Origin: Phoronis australis
Lineage: Eukaryota; Animalia; Phoronida
NCBI GenBank assembly: GCA_002633005.1
Contig: NMRA01000526.1
Location: 1-64,000 of the forward strand
Direction of reading: 5' to 3'
DNA length: 64,000 nucleotides
The notes beneath the pieces are model-generated. The model searched no databases, was not told where the DNA came from, and was given only the letters and a program-made list of their open reading frames with translations. Position 1 is the stretch's first letter. Every line of letters starts with the position of its first letter. A program made the translations under genes and the position numbers. Of the stretch, positions 51,745 to 64,000 are shown piece by piece.

Positions 51745-54700
51745 TTAGTAAGGTGAGAACCACGCGGATCTTCTAGGTCTGCAACAGATAAAAACGAATA
51801 AGCAATTTACACCGACCTAAGTAAACATCGAGCTCTGAAAAACACATTGGTTTGCTAAGTTTAAATTAACTAACCATTTACAAGTAAAGCACAAAGCCAA
51901 TTTAAATTGTTCAAGGACATATTACCAGGCTAACACATAGAGGCAGTCTATCAGATTCACTACTTAGTCATGGTTCAAAAATAAGGATGACTGAGTCTTT
52001 TTCTAGGAAAGTAAAGTTTATATTCATCTCACATATCTCAAGTGATAATCAGTCCCAGTTTTGCCACTTTCCCTTCTACAAACAAATTTCGATGCATAGT
52101 ACAACCAATAACAAAGGTAACAAACCTGTATCCCCTGCCGCGGCCTCGAGGTGTGTAGCCACTGTAACCCCGGTAACCTCGATAACTGCCACGACCCCTA
52201 TAGCCCCGACCCCTTCCACGGTCTGACGTGCTGATACCAGGACGATTGGTCCGCTTCCCTGACACCTAGGTGAATAGATAAGTATCTCTTGTGCATTAGC
52301 AATATGAAACAGTAGCATTTGACAATACTGATGTGATTTCAAGGTTTTGACCAAATGCCACATTTTCTCAAAGTATTGTAGATTTCAGTTGGCAGACATA
52401 ACGAGCCTCAACAGTAAAAGGACACAGCTCAACAAAGCTAAACCTACATCAGAGCAGCAAGAACGATCCAAGGAACAGTGCTAGGTGGGTCATTCGGGGT
52501 CAACAAACCAGTCTACAGTCAGACAATGCTAGCTGGGTCATTCGGGGTCAACTTGTACAGGCATAACCAAAACAAAAGAGAGCCGGCCAGCTGCGTGTGC
52601 TTGCATTGGCAATGCAACGGAGACCAAATGAACAGAAAATCTCAAATACCGTATTCGCCGTAATAAGCGCCCATGCTCCTATAAGCGCCCCCCACGCGTT
52701 TTCAGACTTTGCTGAAATAAGCGCCCAGTCCATGAACGCGTACATGCAAACAATGACGTACCTTCAGTCCTAAAACTCGGCTACAGTAACGTCTTCAATT
52801 TATCAAAAAAATTTTGCACGGGTCCTCTAGACCACCAGCGGCACTGCTACGTTTGTATGTAACCGTGACTATACACTTCAAAGTAACACAGCGCTTCAAA
52901 AAGAACGCAACAGCGTTGCTAATTTCGCGACGACCGTGTACCACTATGGTCTGACCTTTCAGTAGACACATCGACTGTCTCAAGAATAAAAATAACTCGG
53001 TGTTGAACGCACGTGGCCAGAAAGCGCGCGCTACATACAAGAACCTGTCATCAAAGACATTAGTCGGGAACTATCCATTCATGAAACGGGTAGCATAGCA
53101 TCGGTAAGAAATGAATATTGGCCCTAATTTCCGACAATTTCTAATACTATAAAACACGTTTGCGTTATTTTTTAGATGGATTGTTTGATTAACCATAATT
53201 GGTGTTTTTAAGCCGAATATCCGATAAAATGACAACTGACAGTGAATGCTTACACACACTTACAACGAAAAATAAGATAGTTACGTACGCATCCAGCTAC
53301 ACGGCGACTAATATGGGCCTTACCGAAACAAATGTCGAACGTTTTTAGCACGAGACCGGCAAGTGCTGAATGAAACACGCTCTGGTGTAGGCCTACTGCT
53401 TGTGCAAATTTCTTTAGACGCAATGCACATCTAGCTCGTTAGATTGCGTGGCTCTGGCCAAAAGACGGTCTCTGCTTTGGCAAATGAACAAACGTCATGT
53501 GACAACAACATGTGTGTTCGTCCAGACATTTTTCTCGCCGTGTTGCCGATCATACATGTATTATAGATGGCACGATGTTGCGCAGATTTGTACTTAAAAC
53601 TGCCGTAAATCCAGACTCCACGGGAACTTAAAAAAAAGTCTTAGGGACGCTACTTAGAAAACTTAATGAGGATTTCAGGTAATTTGCTTGAGTCGAAACT
53701 GTTTTTATTCAAGCATTGAAGTCGCCATATCGAAGACGGCGATTTTGAGGCAGTCAGTCGGCAAGTTTTCGCCCAGGGATTTCAGCACAACTTTCTGTAA
53801 AATGATCGTAATTTAGCAGCAAAGTTTGATAGCAATGCACCACGGTTTTGTTGGAAGTCTTTCATAGCTTACAGATACGTCACAGAACGTAAATTTGATG
53901 AATCTTAGCTTCCGATTTCACCCGTTTCATAGACCGGGTTTCAACCGCCTTGGGTTATAATAAGCGCCCCCCTGAACCGAACTTTTCTAAGCGCCCTGGG
54001 CGGTTGTTACGGCGAATACGGTAATTCAAAAAGTAGGCGTCATAGCGAAAAATGGAATTATCTTCTGAAAGCCCATTGACAACTCTATCTTACTTGAACG
54101 TTTCGCAACATTCCATAACTTTTTGGAAAAATTGAATTTTGCCGTTTTTTTGAAATTCAAAGTCAAATAACTCGAAAACTGTAAGTCTGAGAAATACGCT
54201 CTCGCAGACTGTTTGAAAGAGCATACTTCAAGGAATCCACATGCAAAAATTCACGTCATTTGCTCTTCCCGTTAAAAACGCGACAGCAAAACGATGGAAA
54301 ACGTGTGAACATGCGCCACAGCAGCCATCTTGAAAGTGACTTCTGGTTAAACAAAATTTTATAAAAGCTTATTAATAGCAACAAACACGTGACCAGTTTG
54401 AAACTGATTGGTTTGCAAATGCGCTCTCTAGAGGAGAAAATGTTTTTGGCCAGATATCGGGGTGCGCATGCGCCACTTCCAATATTTCCACCATCTTTGA
54501 CCGGAAGTCAACGATTTTCGGCACTGTTGCAGCACATGTGTTCTATAATAATCGTACCACGTTTCAGCCCTGTACGTCGAAAAATGCAGCCTCTACGAGC
54601 ATTTGACTTTGAAATCGGATACAAAATGGCCGCCACGTCAGCCATTTTGAATCCGATGATGACCAAAAACAATAGGCTTCCAGGACTTTCCGATCTACAC

Positions 54701-57700
54701 GTTGTGTGCCAATTTCGTGAGAATCGGACGAAAATTGCGACCTGCAGAGTGCGAACAAAAAAAAACTTGACGACAGAGCAACATACTTGTCGGAATTCGA
54801 AGAATTCCGCCAAGTAAAAACATTTCCTCAGCAAGTCTTAAGATGACTAAAAAGTACCTTTATTTGCCTGCCTCTAAACAATGACTCACTCAAGGCCTCG
54901 GCTGTTTTGACGGAATCCTTGTCTGCGAACTCTATATATGCAAATCTGGAACGAACAAACACAAGGTCAAACGTCAATCAATGGAAACAGTATAGTAGTT
55001 GTTCAGAGAGAAAGACATTCAGTTGTTTTACTTTTGACACAATAAGTAACAGAAATTCCAACCTACTTCCTTTACAGTTACTCTGAATGACACGTGTCTG
55101 TTAGTATCTGAAAAGCACAATCCAGTAACTGCTTAAGGTTATGCAAGACCCTCAAAAATGTCCAAATTTGGTTAAGTTTGGAGTAACATCCTATCTCAGA
55201 ATTGGCCACTTGCAATGGTATGAAATTTCAGAAGCTGCTTTACGCAGTGTTCTCAGTCAGGAATTGTTAAAATGTTCCACTATCAAAAACATAACTTTTA
55301 TTATTTTCATGAAAGTTGCATGAAAAAATCAACAAATTTTGAGATTTCAACTTTAATATGTTTATCAAATGAAATTTGGTCATGATTTAGAAAACGTTGT
55401 TTTGCTATTAATGTAGCTTTCATGTTCGTAAAATTTTACTAAAAATACATGGTTGCGTGAGCTAATGGCAATTAGTAAAAAAAAAAGAAATCAAATTCTG
55501 TAAGCTTTCTACTTCAAAACCCCACAATTTTTGGAGTTAAAATCTACAGTTTTAAGATACTTGGCTAAACACAGACACTTGTGTCCTACATTACCATTAA
55601 CTTTCACAGCCAGTCCCTTCTTTGGGGACTGAAAAACAGGAATGGCCGTCAGGGACAGCCCTGCCTCAACATCTTACTTTATGCAGAGGACTGTGATAAA
55701 TCAAGTGAATGACAGTTAACAAACCCTTTGGGATGGCCTGAGAACTTATCACACTGTATGGTGACCCTATTAATTGAGCCGCAGCCATGAAAGTGGGCCT
55801 CTAGCTCCTCAGCAGTCGAACCATAGTCCACCTACAACACGAAACTGTTGTTACCACACACTGGAATGATGCTAAAGCTGCTGATGCAATTTCAAATGCA
55901 ACACAAGCGGAATAACATGATCACCATAGTTCCCAACACATCTAAACAAGAGCAACGCAGAGCGTTGAAATGCGCCCACAATTGCACCGCATACGGTATC
56001 CTTCTAGGGTTGTTTATTGGTACCACAAAGTGGCCAGTAGAGGGCATATATGTAGTATGTTGTACTTAGCAAAATGGAAAGGCATGGTCATTGTCTCCTC
56101 AATAGGCTAGGGGCAAAATGTGAGTAATCTTCATAATACAAGCACATCCTATACACCAGTTGCTTAAAGCACCACAGAAACATAGAATAAAAACAAATTT
56201 ACCAACATACGAGATTAGCACAGCATTAGAATGCCAGAAACAAATTTCTACTTGGAACTTTTCCTTCATAGTCACGAAGTAACACAAAGTATACACCTGA
56301 AGACCTATGAAAATACAGAGGTCAATGTAAAATACTATAAATTGCCACTAGAGGCAAATACTAAAATTGCCACTAGAGGCATACCGGTAGTCAGAATCAT
56401 CCTAAAGTCGTCATCGTCCGTTGTCAACATCACATCAATACACTTGCTAAATTTAGTAAAGATCCTGCAAACGGTTTGGGAGATACAACCATGGGCGCAA
56501 AAAAAAACAAAACTGCCACTAGGAGGTGCCACAGTAGTCCAAATCGTCTGAAAATCATTGTCAGCTGTCTTCCTTATAGTAAGCACATACACGGCAATTT
56601 TCACAATCATCCTTTGAGCGGTTTGATTGATAGAGGGGTGGACGCAAAAATACAGACTCGAAAACAGTAAAAATGGCCACTAGGTGGCGCAAACTATGTC
56701 GAATCTATCTGAAAACGGGAGGATAGCGTCATCTCACTATTAGGTGCCTACATACCAAATTTCATGAAAATCCGTTCAGGACTTTTGAAGATACAAAGGT
56801 AAGCGTAAAAAACTAAAATTGCCACTAGGGGGCACACCAGTAGTAGGATCCGTCCAAAAGTCGTCATCTTCCGTTGTTAACATCATATAAATATACTTAC
56901 ACAATTTCGTAAAGATCCTGCGAAAGGTTTAGGAGATATAGCCATAGGCGCAAAAAAAACCAAAACAGCCACTAGGAGGCGCCACAGTAGTCGAAATCGT
57001 CGGAAAATCATCGTCAACCGTCCTCTACATAGTAAGCATATACATGCCAATTTTCACAATCATCCTTTGAGCGGTTTGGTTGATAGAGGGGTGGACGCAC
57101 GAAAACAGACTCGAAAACACTAAAAATGGCCACTAGGTGGCGCAAACTATGTCAAATCCATCTGAAAACGGGAGGATAGTGTCATCTCACTAAAAGGTGC
57201 CTACATACCAAATTTCATGAAAATCCGTTAAGGACTTGTGAAGATACAAAGGTAAGCGTAAAAAAATTAAAATTGCCACTAGGGGGCACACCGGTAGTCG
57301 GATCCGTCCGAAAGTTCGCACATGCCGTCCCATTCATAAATGGAACATATGTGCCAAATTTCATGAATGTATGTCAAAGGGTTTTGGAGATAGAGCAGCG
57401 GACGCCGGACGCCAGACGCCGGACGCCGCCCGGACGGACGGAGATGACGGCATAATGCGTCCACATATAAATATGTGGGCGCATAAAAATTATAAATGTA
57501 TAATGAATAAATAAATGTGTGAAAATACCAGACGACCAACTCTTGCCAAGCTTACAGGTCAGTGAAGAAAGTCCCAAGTGTTCCATAGAAATTTAACACA
57601 CAAAACCGCAGGCAAGTGAAATTTTATTTTGTTTAATTTCTCAACAAAAATAATGATTTAAAAAATGTCTTAAAACATTTGGTTGTGTTTCTTGTTATTT

Positions 57701-60700
57701 ACAGCAAGTTAATTAACAACAGACCATAACTTTGGTGATTACTTTTGTGTGAAGTAAGAGAGGAATTACCAAAAGTTCAGTTATTATTAGTTTAATATTA
57801 TTTCCTTGTAGTGACAAACGCACTAATTTTATCAACACATTTAGTAGACTTGACAAACATACTACTCAGATATGCCTCAGTGTAATACAAGATTATGTGT
57901 TCTCGATCAGTGATCATTTGTAATCATGGAGCATCAAGAGTCTAACATGTATGAACATCATTTCGAGAACACAAAATTGTCCAGTACCCATGCAACTGTG
58001 AATATTTTACCAATAATATTATAACCCTTCAGCCTTGAATTATATTATTGAAACTCTTAATGCTGTTATGAAGCCGCTTTCCATCATAAAAAAATTGATT
58101 TAGCTCACTTCCCATTGCAAAATTGGTCTCAAACTGTTCCTTTGTCATGCTGGAGGTCATTTCAGGGCTTCAAAACATCAGACAGTTCACTACTTCTTCA
58201 GACCAAGCTCATAAAATTCAGGTAATGTTGCCACTTGAAATTGAGCTTTGTCTGCCAGTACTGAGCTCACTTCCAAATTGTGTAAGGAGCAAGACCAACC
58301 TTGTAGCAGTAAGTAGCCAAAACATGTTTCTGAGACAGAGAGCACCGGTTTAATGTCGCTTTAATAAATGCTAATAGCAATAAACGAGTATGTTATCTTA
58401 CGTTGCCAACATATATAGATCTTGAGTCCGCTTCTATTTTGTCCTCCATCGACAGAGGGCTTGCTGAAAAGATGAAAACATACGTCACTAAGCGCAGGTA
58501 TCACACCAGGCATGTATATTTGTACAGCCATAAGTCATCCACTAGTAAAATGATAACGGTATTTTGTTCTTGATCAGTAAATTGTTGTAATCATCAAGCA
58601 TCAAGAGTCTAACATGTACAGACATCATTTCAAGAACAAGTTAACCGAAGCAACTTATGACATTTAAGAGTTTAGTAACTCAGTACTGCAGTTTCAAAGC
58701 AAGTTAAATTCTGGTGCTTTCTAGCACACGGACCATTGTAGGCATTTCCTACATCAAAAGCTGGGTTGAATAACGTAGGCTGGTTCAATTTTCCAAACTG
58801 CAATCATCGTGCTGAACACCCAACTTAAGCTTTTCTGGCAACAAGCTCAACCCATCCGCCCCACCAGGTCACACCACAGTTATCCCCCAGTGAGGGGTTC
58901 ATCCCAACCCCCACTCCACTCACTTATTGCTGGCGACAGGTTCATGGTTTTTTCCACCTCGTTCTGCATTTCCTTCAACTTCTCCGCCTCTTCCTCCATT
59001 TCCTTCACCCGTGNCGTTATGTCGAGCCCTGCGGACCATTGTAGGCATTTCCTACATCAAAAGCTGGGTTGAATAACGTAGGCTGGTTCAATTTTCCAAA
59101 CTGCAATCATCGTGCTGAACACCCAACTTAAGCTTTTCTGGCAACAAGCTCAACCCATCCGCCCCACCAGGTCACACCACAGTTATCCCCCAGTGAGGGG
59201 TTCATCCCAACCCCCACTCCACTCACTTATTGCTGGCGACAGGTTCATGGTTTTTTCCACCTCGTTCTGCATTTCCTTCAACTTCTCCGCCTCTTCCTCC
59301 ATTTCCTTCACCCGTGCCTTGATAGCCTCCAACTCCTGCCAGACAAGATGCAGTCACAATTATGACATCTGTGACAACAGACCAGGACAAGAGGCATACT
59401 TACTACCAGAAATGAGATACTACAGTAACTGCAATCACAAAGACATTCATTTGAATCTCTTTTGGATTGCATTTATTTTAAAAAGGTGCCTTTTCCCATT
59501 TCACACCCTACAAAAGAAGATCAATTTGGAAGTTCGAACCAACGTAAAGGTTCATTTTTCAATAACAAAAATATAACCAGTCTACACAGTATGTCATATA
59601 CGAACAACAACGTACTGACCTTCCATACGACAATCAATGTGAAGACAGAGGCCCAAAAATGATCATAACTTCTACATAGATGAACAAAAGTTATCAGATC
59701 GGACGTGTCCTATTGCAACCTGGAAGTTGTTTACTATTGTTTCCACCTGTCTGCACTCTCCTACATAACAGTCGATTACGAAGGCATGTACGAAAAATTG
59801 TGAGAGTGTAGACCAGGATTTAAAGTTTTAGGTATAATCCGGAAGACTTAACCAGTATGGCAAAATTACTTTCACATATTTCAACGTGTTTTCAACGTGT
59901 TGTCAGCAATGCTGCAACATGAAGTTCAAGGCAGAGCCTACAAAATGACACCAATTCAGTCCTGAAGATTGCAAAGTAAAGGTGCTGAGGCACTTTCACA
60001 TGATGTGTTTCACCCTTACAAAAGAAAGCTCTTCCCAAGCTAATCACTGGACGTAGCTTTGTGAACTGTGACCTCGAAAATCAAGGTTCTCCGACTTGGT
60101 ATTTCTTCAACATGCCCATCCAGGTCTTTATCAGTATGAAAAAAGTTACTTTTATGAATAACTAACATCTTGTGAATAGGCCACATTCAAGATGAGTCCC
60201 ATACCAAAAACATGTATTTTTACAAGGCCAAATGGATTAAAAAGACAGCTGTCCAAAAATCTCTATGAAAGTGTTTCTTAAATTAGGCCTTGACAAAGGA
60301 TAGACTAGTATTTCTGGAACAAAACTCTATGAAAGGGACCCTTCAACCCCCCCCCNNNNNNNNNNNNNNNNNNNNNNNNNNNNNNNNNNNNNNNNCCCAC
60401 CAGTTCCATTCTTCAAATGGGTCAGTATCCTATCCAGATCCAATCCCCATCAAAGATAGAGGGAGTAGCCCCCCCCCCACCCCAAAGTTGTTTCCCAATT
60501 ATGACAATCCTTGTCCTCGTCCATGGACACTGAAGGCGTACAGGTGATGACAACTGTAATAGAATACTAAACCAAAAACATCTCGATTCGTAAGATGAAG
60601 TATGCTAAACAATAAAACAGATACGGTACATACAATTAAAATATTGGATATGAATAGTACCGAAAAAATTGGAGATTTTGCATTTCAGTGTTTTGTCCTA

Positions 60701-63364
60701 AATATACTGTAGATGTGCTTCCAGTGAATCATATGAGCCTCTGTTAGCCACTCGCTAACAGACAATTGCTTATTAGCTGAATGGTTAGCACATTCGCCGC
60801 TTACGACGTGGTCGCTGGTTCGATTCCCGGGTCAGGTAATCTCGGCTATTACTACAAATGGTGTAGTCGGCAAATGAATATCTACCAATGAAGCACAGCC
60901 AACTAGTACCCGAGAGACAACTTTATGTTCACCTGTGTTGCGGTAGTAAAGATACCAAGGGAAGTTGATGACTGGTATGCGAGACAACCTGGTTCATCTC
61001 CGTGGTGCCGTGGCTGTTCCATAGGAAAGGGGGGAATGTGGTAGATGTGCTTCCAGTGAATCATATGAGCCTCTGTTAGAGACTCGCTCAGGGTTTCTCC
61101 TGCATATAAACTTATGGGCGGCCCGCCATGCTCCTTTTTGGCCCTGGCACTCGTAAATCACACTCAAATTGACCGCCACACACCAAATCGTGACGGGGAA
61201 CTTCACCGCCATGCAAAAATCGCTAGTAAAAATGATCACTAGTAAAAATAATCGCTAGTAATAATGAAAAAGTACAAGTCACACGGCACCTTTCGCCGTT
61301 TGTGGATCGAAAGGGAAAAATAATAATTTTACAATGGGATCTTGAATTATGCCCCCGTTAAACACAATCATTCAATCCCCAATCCCCTTTCGAACCTCGT
61401 TTCTGCCTCGATATCCGACAATGCAAATAAACTTAATACAGCCGGGGAACAGGCAACGACCTCGATATGAATTTTCTAAAATGGGAAAGCGCCAGGGCTT
61501 GCTAATGGAGTAAGAAACAGTAAGATTTCTGCTTCATTCATTTTATCGTGTCCGAGTTTTCAAAATGACGATATTGAATGTTAACCAGTCTGCATGGACT
61601 GCATCGTCTGCTACGCCGTCGCTGTTCAACGCCAATCCACTATCACTGATATATGTTTAGGAAGACGATATCAACGGATGTTTCGTTACACGAATTAGTT
61701 TGTTACGTCTAAAAAGTTCACATATTTTTTGTTCTATGGTTGTCACTTAGTGGATAATTGAATTTTAACACCGTTTTTAGTACTCAAGTGTGACAGAGAT
61801 CACACTATGCCGGACACTTCATTGCCAATTTGTCTTGCGAAGCGTCATTTACCAGACACTTCCACTACATGATGCTCGGGTTAAGGTCTTGTCTATAATG
61901 AGCAAACTGCAACCAAATACATCTAATTTTCAAATTTTGCTTGGAGAAGGTCTCCCAACACCCCCAGATGGGAGGATTTCACTTCATCCCATGCTCACAT
62001 ATGGCGCCGGGTTCCACATCCGCGTCGAGCATTCACCACCACGCTCCTTTTGAGACCCAGACAATAGGGGGATCCCACTTCTCATTTTCGCGTGCGGCAA
62101 CAGGCTTTGCACCCCATTTTGGCCATTAACCACCACGCTCCTTTCAAAACCCAGGGGAAACATTGTCGCTAACAGGCACTTGCCTATTAGCTGAATGGTT
62201 AACACGCTTGCCGGTTTTATGGAGGTTATTAGTTCCATTCACGGGTCGGGTAGAATCTCCACTATTACTACAATACAAATTATGCTGAACAGATGAACAA
62301 AGTAAGAGACTTTGGCCGTAAGAAAACATGTCTGTCAACAGACAATTCAAACAAATGGGCAAGTAAATCATAGGCCTACTGGAAACCACAGGCGTCCTCA
62401 GCTTCTGATCGTCCCCAACACACTATATAATACTACAAGGTATGACACTCCCGACCAGAATTCCATGGGCGCTTCACTTCAGCCGTTCTTATCAAACAGA
62501 AAACTCAATAAATTTACCCAACAAACCATTAGCAATTTCAACAAACCATTAGCAATTGTTCTTTCTTCTAATACCTGTCTGTATTCTGCTCCTGCGAGAT
62601 TGCAACAAATTCGCGGTCAAAGCACAAAAATGTTCCCAAAAACCCCACACATCGAGCCTCCTTGGACGGTTCGAGATCAAGGACGATACAAATTATCCGA
62701 TGTGTTACGGATGGACGGCAATTGCCGGTTGATCACGGAAGCTTACAAAATGTCTGGAGTTATCGATCTCGTGACACTCCGTGACAAATCGGCAATTTCC
62801 ATACCGTCCTTGACCTCAAACCGTCCAAGGAGGTTCGATGCATAGACTTTTTGGGAACATTTTTGTGCTTTGACCGCAAATTTGTTGCCATCTCGCAGGA
62901 GCAGAACACTGTGAATGGTATAAGAAGAAAGAACAATTGCTAATGGTTTGTTAACCTTGTTTTGTGTAAATTTATTGAGGTTTGTGTTTGATATGAACGG
63001 CTGAAGTGAAGCACCCGTGGAATTTCTGGTCGGGAGTGTCATACCTTGTAGTATTATGTATAATTATGTATTGGGGACGATCAGAAGCCGAGGACGCCTG
63101 TGCTGGTAACAGGGTTTTATTTAAAATTAAAAAATGAGATCTAACATTGCCTCGGAGCTGGGGAAGTTTCGCACTATATATTAGCAGAACAACGCTTATT
63201 CTTACAGGGTCGTCCAAGTCTGCGTCTTCTGTTTGTATGGAATCGTCATGATCACCCGATTCGTGTTGATCGTCAGTAACATCTAAGCTAGCATCGGTAT
63301 CAAGAACTTCTGAGGTGTCGAACTCTCCGTAATCGAGGGCAGGTTGGTCTCCATTTTCTGCCAT
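51745..63364 (-). CDS. PABPN1: Nuclear poly(A)-binding protein PABPN1/PABP2, 7 coding exons, 232 aa
   Basis: Exons 63206-63364, 59227-59335, 58402-58463, 55725-55831, 54858-54945, 52126-52265 and 51745-51778 have consistent phases. Motifs: [30 protein letters not shown] coiled coil; [53 protein letters not shown]; [10 protein letters not shown]; RG-rich tail ending WFSPY*. Confidence 0.97.
52649..54021. mobile_element. Non-autonomous Tc1/mariner (CCGTA-terminated) element, same family as 350-1726, in a PABPN1 intron
   Basis: TA|CCGTATTCGCCGTAATAAGCGCCC...GGGCGGTTGTTACGGCGAATACGG|TA, with repeated TAAGCGCCC subterminal motifs. Confidence 0.9.
54024..54817 (+). mobile_element. Second Helentron-associated-like repeat; its 5' end may lie at ~52570, before the mariner insertion
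   Basis: Ends in the hairpin CTTGTCGGAATTCGAAGAATTCCGCCAAG followed by TAAAAA, with internal GCCATCTTG/AAAATGGC motifs. Confidence 0.45.
55945..57489 (+). mobile_element. Helentron-associated (HINE-like) element with internal ~453-bp tandem repeats
   Basis: 5' AACAAGAGC. Repeat units start at ~56363, 56815 and 57269. It ends with a GGACG/GACGCC microsatellite, the hairpin ATGCGTCCACATATAAATATGTGGGCGCAT and AAAAA. Confidence 0.75.
60768..61105 (+). mobile_element. tRNA-derived SINE
   Basis: A box TAGCTGAATGG and B box GGTTCGATTCC are present but no complete cloverleaf. A second head fragment lies at 62182-62212. Confidence 0.65.
62387..63102. mobile_element. Foldback non-autonomous transposon (P-superfamily-like CANRG ends, 8-bp TSD) in PABPN1 intron
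   Basis: CTGGAAAC|CACAGGCGTCCTCAGCTTCTGATCG...CGATCAGAAGCCGAGGACGCCTGTG|CTGGTAAC. The inverted arms extend ~300 bp and cover almost the whole element. Confidence 0.88.
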
Positions 63365-63371
63365 CTTAGAC

Positions 63372-63560
63372 CTAGAATCGAAAAAATATTACCTCAGTTA
63401 TAGACACCACTTTAAGTGTATCCAAATACAAATATTACTTGTACTCACAAACAGGTGAGAAATTGAGATGCGAACGATTAGTGAAAACAAAACTCGACTC
63501 ACCGTTATTTGAAAATGGCGACGCTCAGTACTGACCTCTTGTGGCAACACATTAAAGCAT
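63372..63560 (-). promoter_or_regulatory. PABPN1 5'-UTR intron (63372-63502) and non-coding first exon with YY1-like motif
   Basis: The minus strand reads CGCCATTTTCAAATAACG|GTGAGT ... TTTTTTCGATTCTAG|GTCTAAG-ATG in a CpG-rich context. Confidence 0.6.
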
Positions 63561-64000
63561 ATTGCAAGCACTGTCATAGACACCGACCGTGTTCGAAATG
63601 GCTCCGTGACGTGAACAATAGACCAGGTACAACCAGCGCCCGGGGCTGCTCACAAAAACGTGTACATTTTTAATTTCCTATTTGTCAGAGCGAACAATGG
63701 CAATTGAGAATCTGAAAATGCATACAGTAATTGGCGCCCTTTTTCTAAAGGGGCCTGTTCGGTCCGCCTCAGTGTTTTGCCTTTGCTGTAATTTTCAAGT
63801 TCAGACTGGCCCGCTCCAGCAGTAGAGAGCCTCAGTGGTGAGCCGGGGAAACTGCAAAGCCACGGTTACGCAGATAAAAATAACTTTCGACCCAATGCTC
63901 AACTGCCGCTAGTGAAGAACTCAAGACTTTTGAAAGATGATAGGCCCTAGCTACTTCAATGCCGGAGGTGCCCATTACGCAGACGCATTTTCATGCACTC

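Noticed and set aside
58728-59030. Apparent tandem duplication of PABPN1 exon 2
   Set aside because: The copy is identical and truncated, ends at a single N (59014) and lacks the acceptor. This is typical of a contig-overlap scaffolding artefact.
60768-60845. Functional tRNA gene
   Set aside because: A and B boxes are present, but I could not form acceptor or anticodon stems and there is no T-run terminator. Treated as a SINE head.
62312-62845. 177-aa ORF
   Set aside because: It lies mostly within the non-coding foldback element and has no protein motif.

Overview
Eukaryotic (invertebrate-animal-like, AT-rich, GT-AG introns) genomic scaffold with several N gaps. I reconstructed four spliced host genes by hand: the 3' five coding exons of MTO1 (+, 2326-7917), MPG/AAG DNA-3-methyladenine glycosylase (-, 29024-30296), a FAM210B-like mitochondrial protein with an unusual 345-aa first exon (-, 39432-44078) and PABPN1 (-, 51745-63364). 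Between MTO1 and MPG lies a nested transposon cluster. A decayed multi-exon Sola1-like DDD transposase gene, apparently followed by a Ulp1-type protease exon, is interrupted by a pogo remnant, a Kolobok-like THAP fragment, a ~6-kb ISL2EU element (intact SAP-SWIM-YqaJ gene, broken THAP-DDE transposase) and a Helitron helicase remnant. There are also many non-autonomous elements (Tc1/mariner-pogo, MULE with 9-bp TSD, P-like foldback with 8-bp TSD, Helentron-associated repeats, a tRNA-derived SINE). The best novelty candidates are the FAM210B N-terminal extension (duplicated Cx9C domain, possible internal MPP sites) and the Sola-like transposase plus Ulp1 protease. Family assignments come from motif recognition only; no searches were run.
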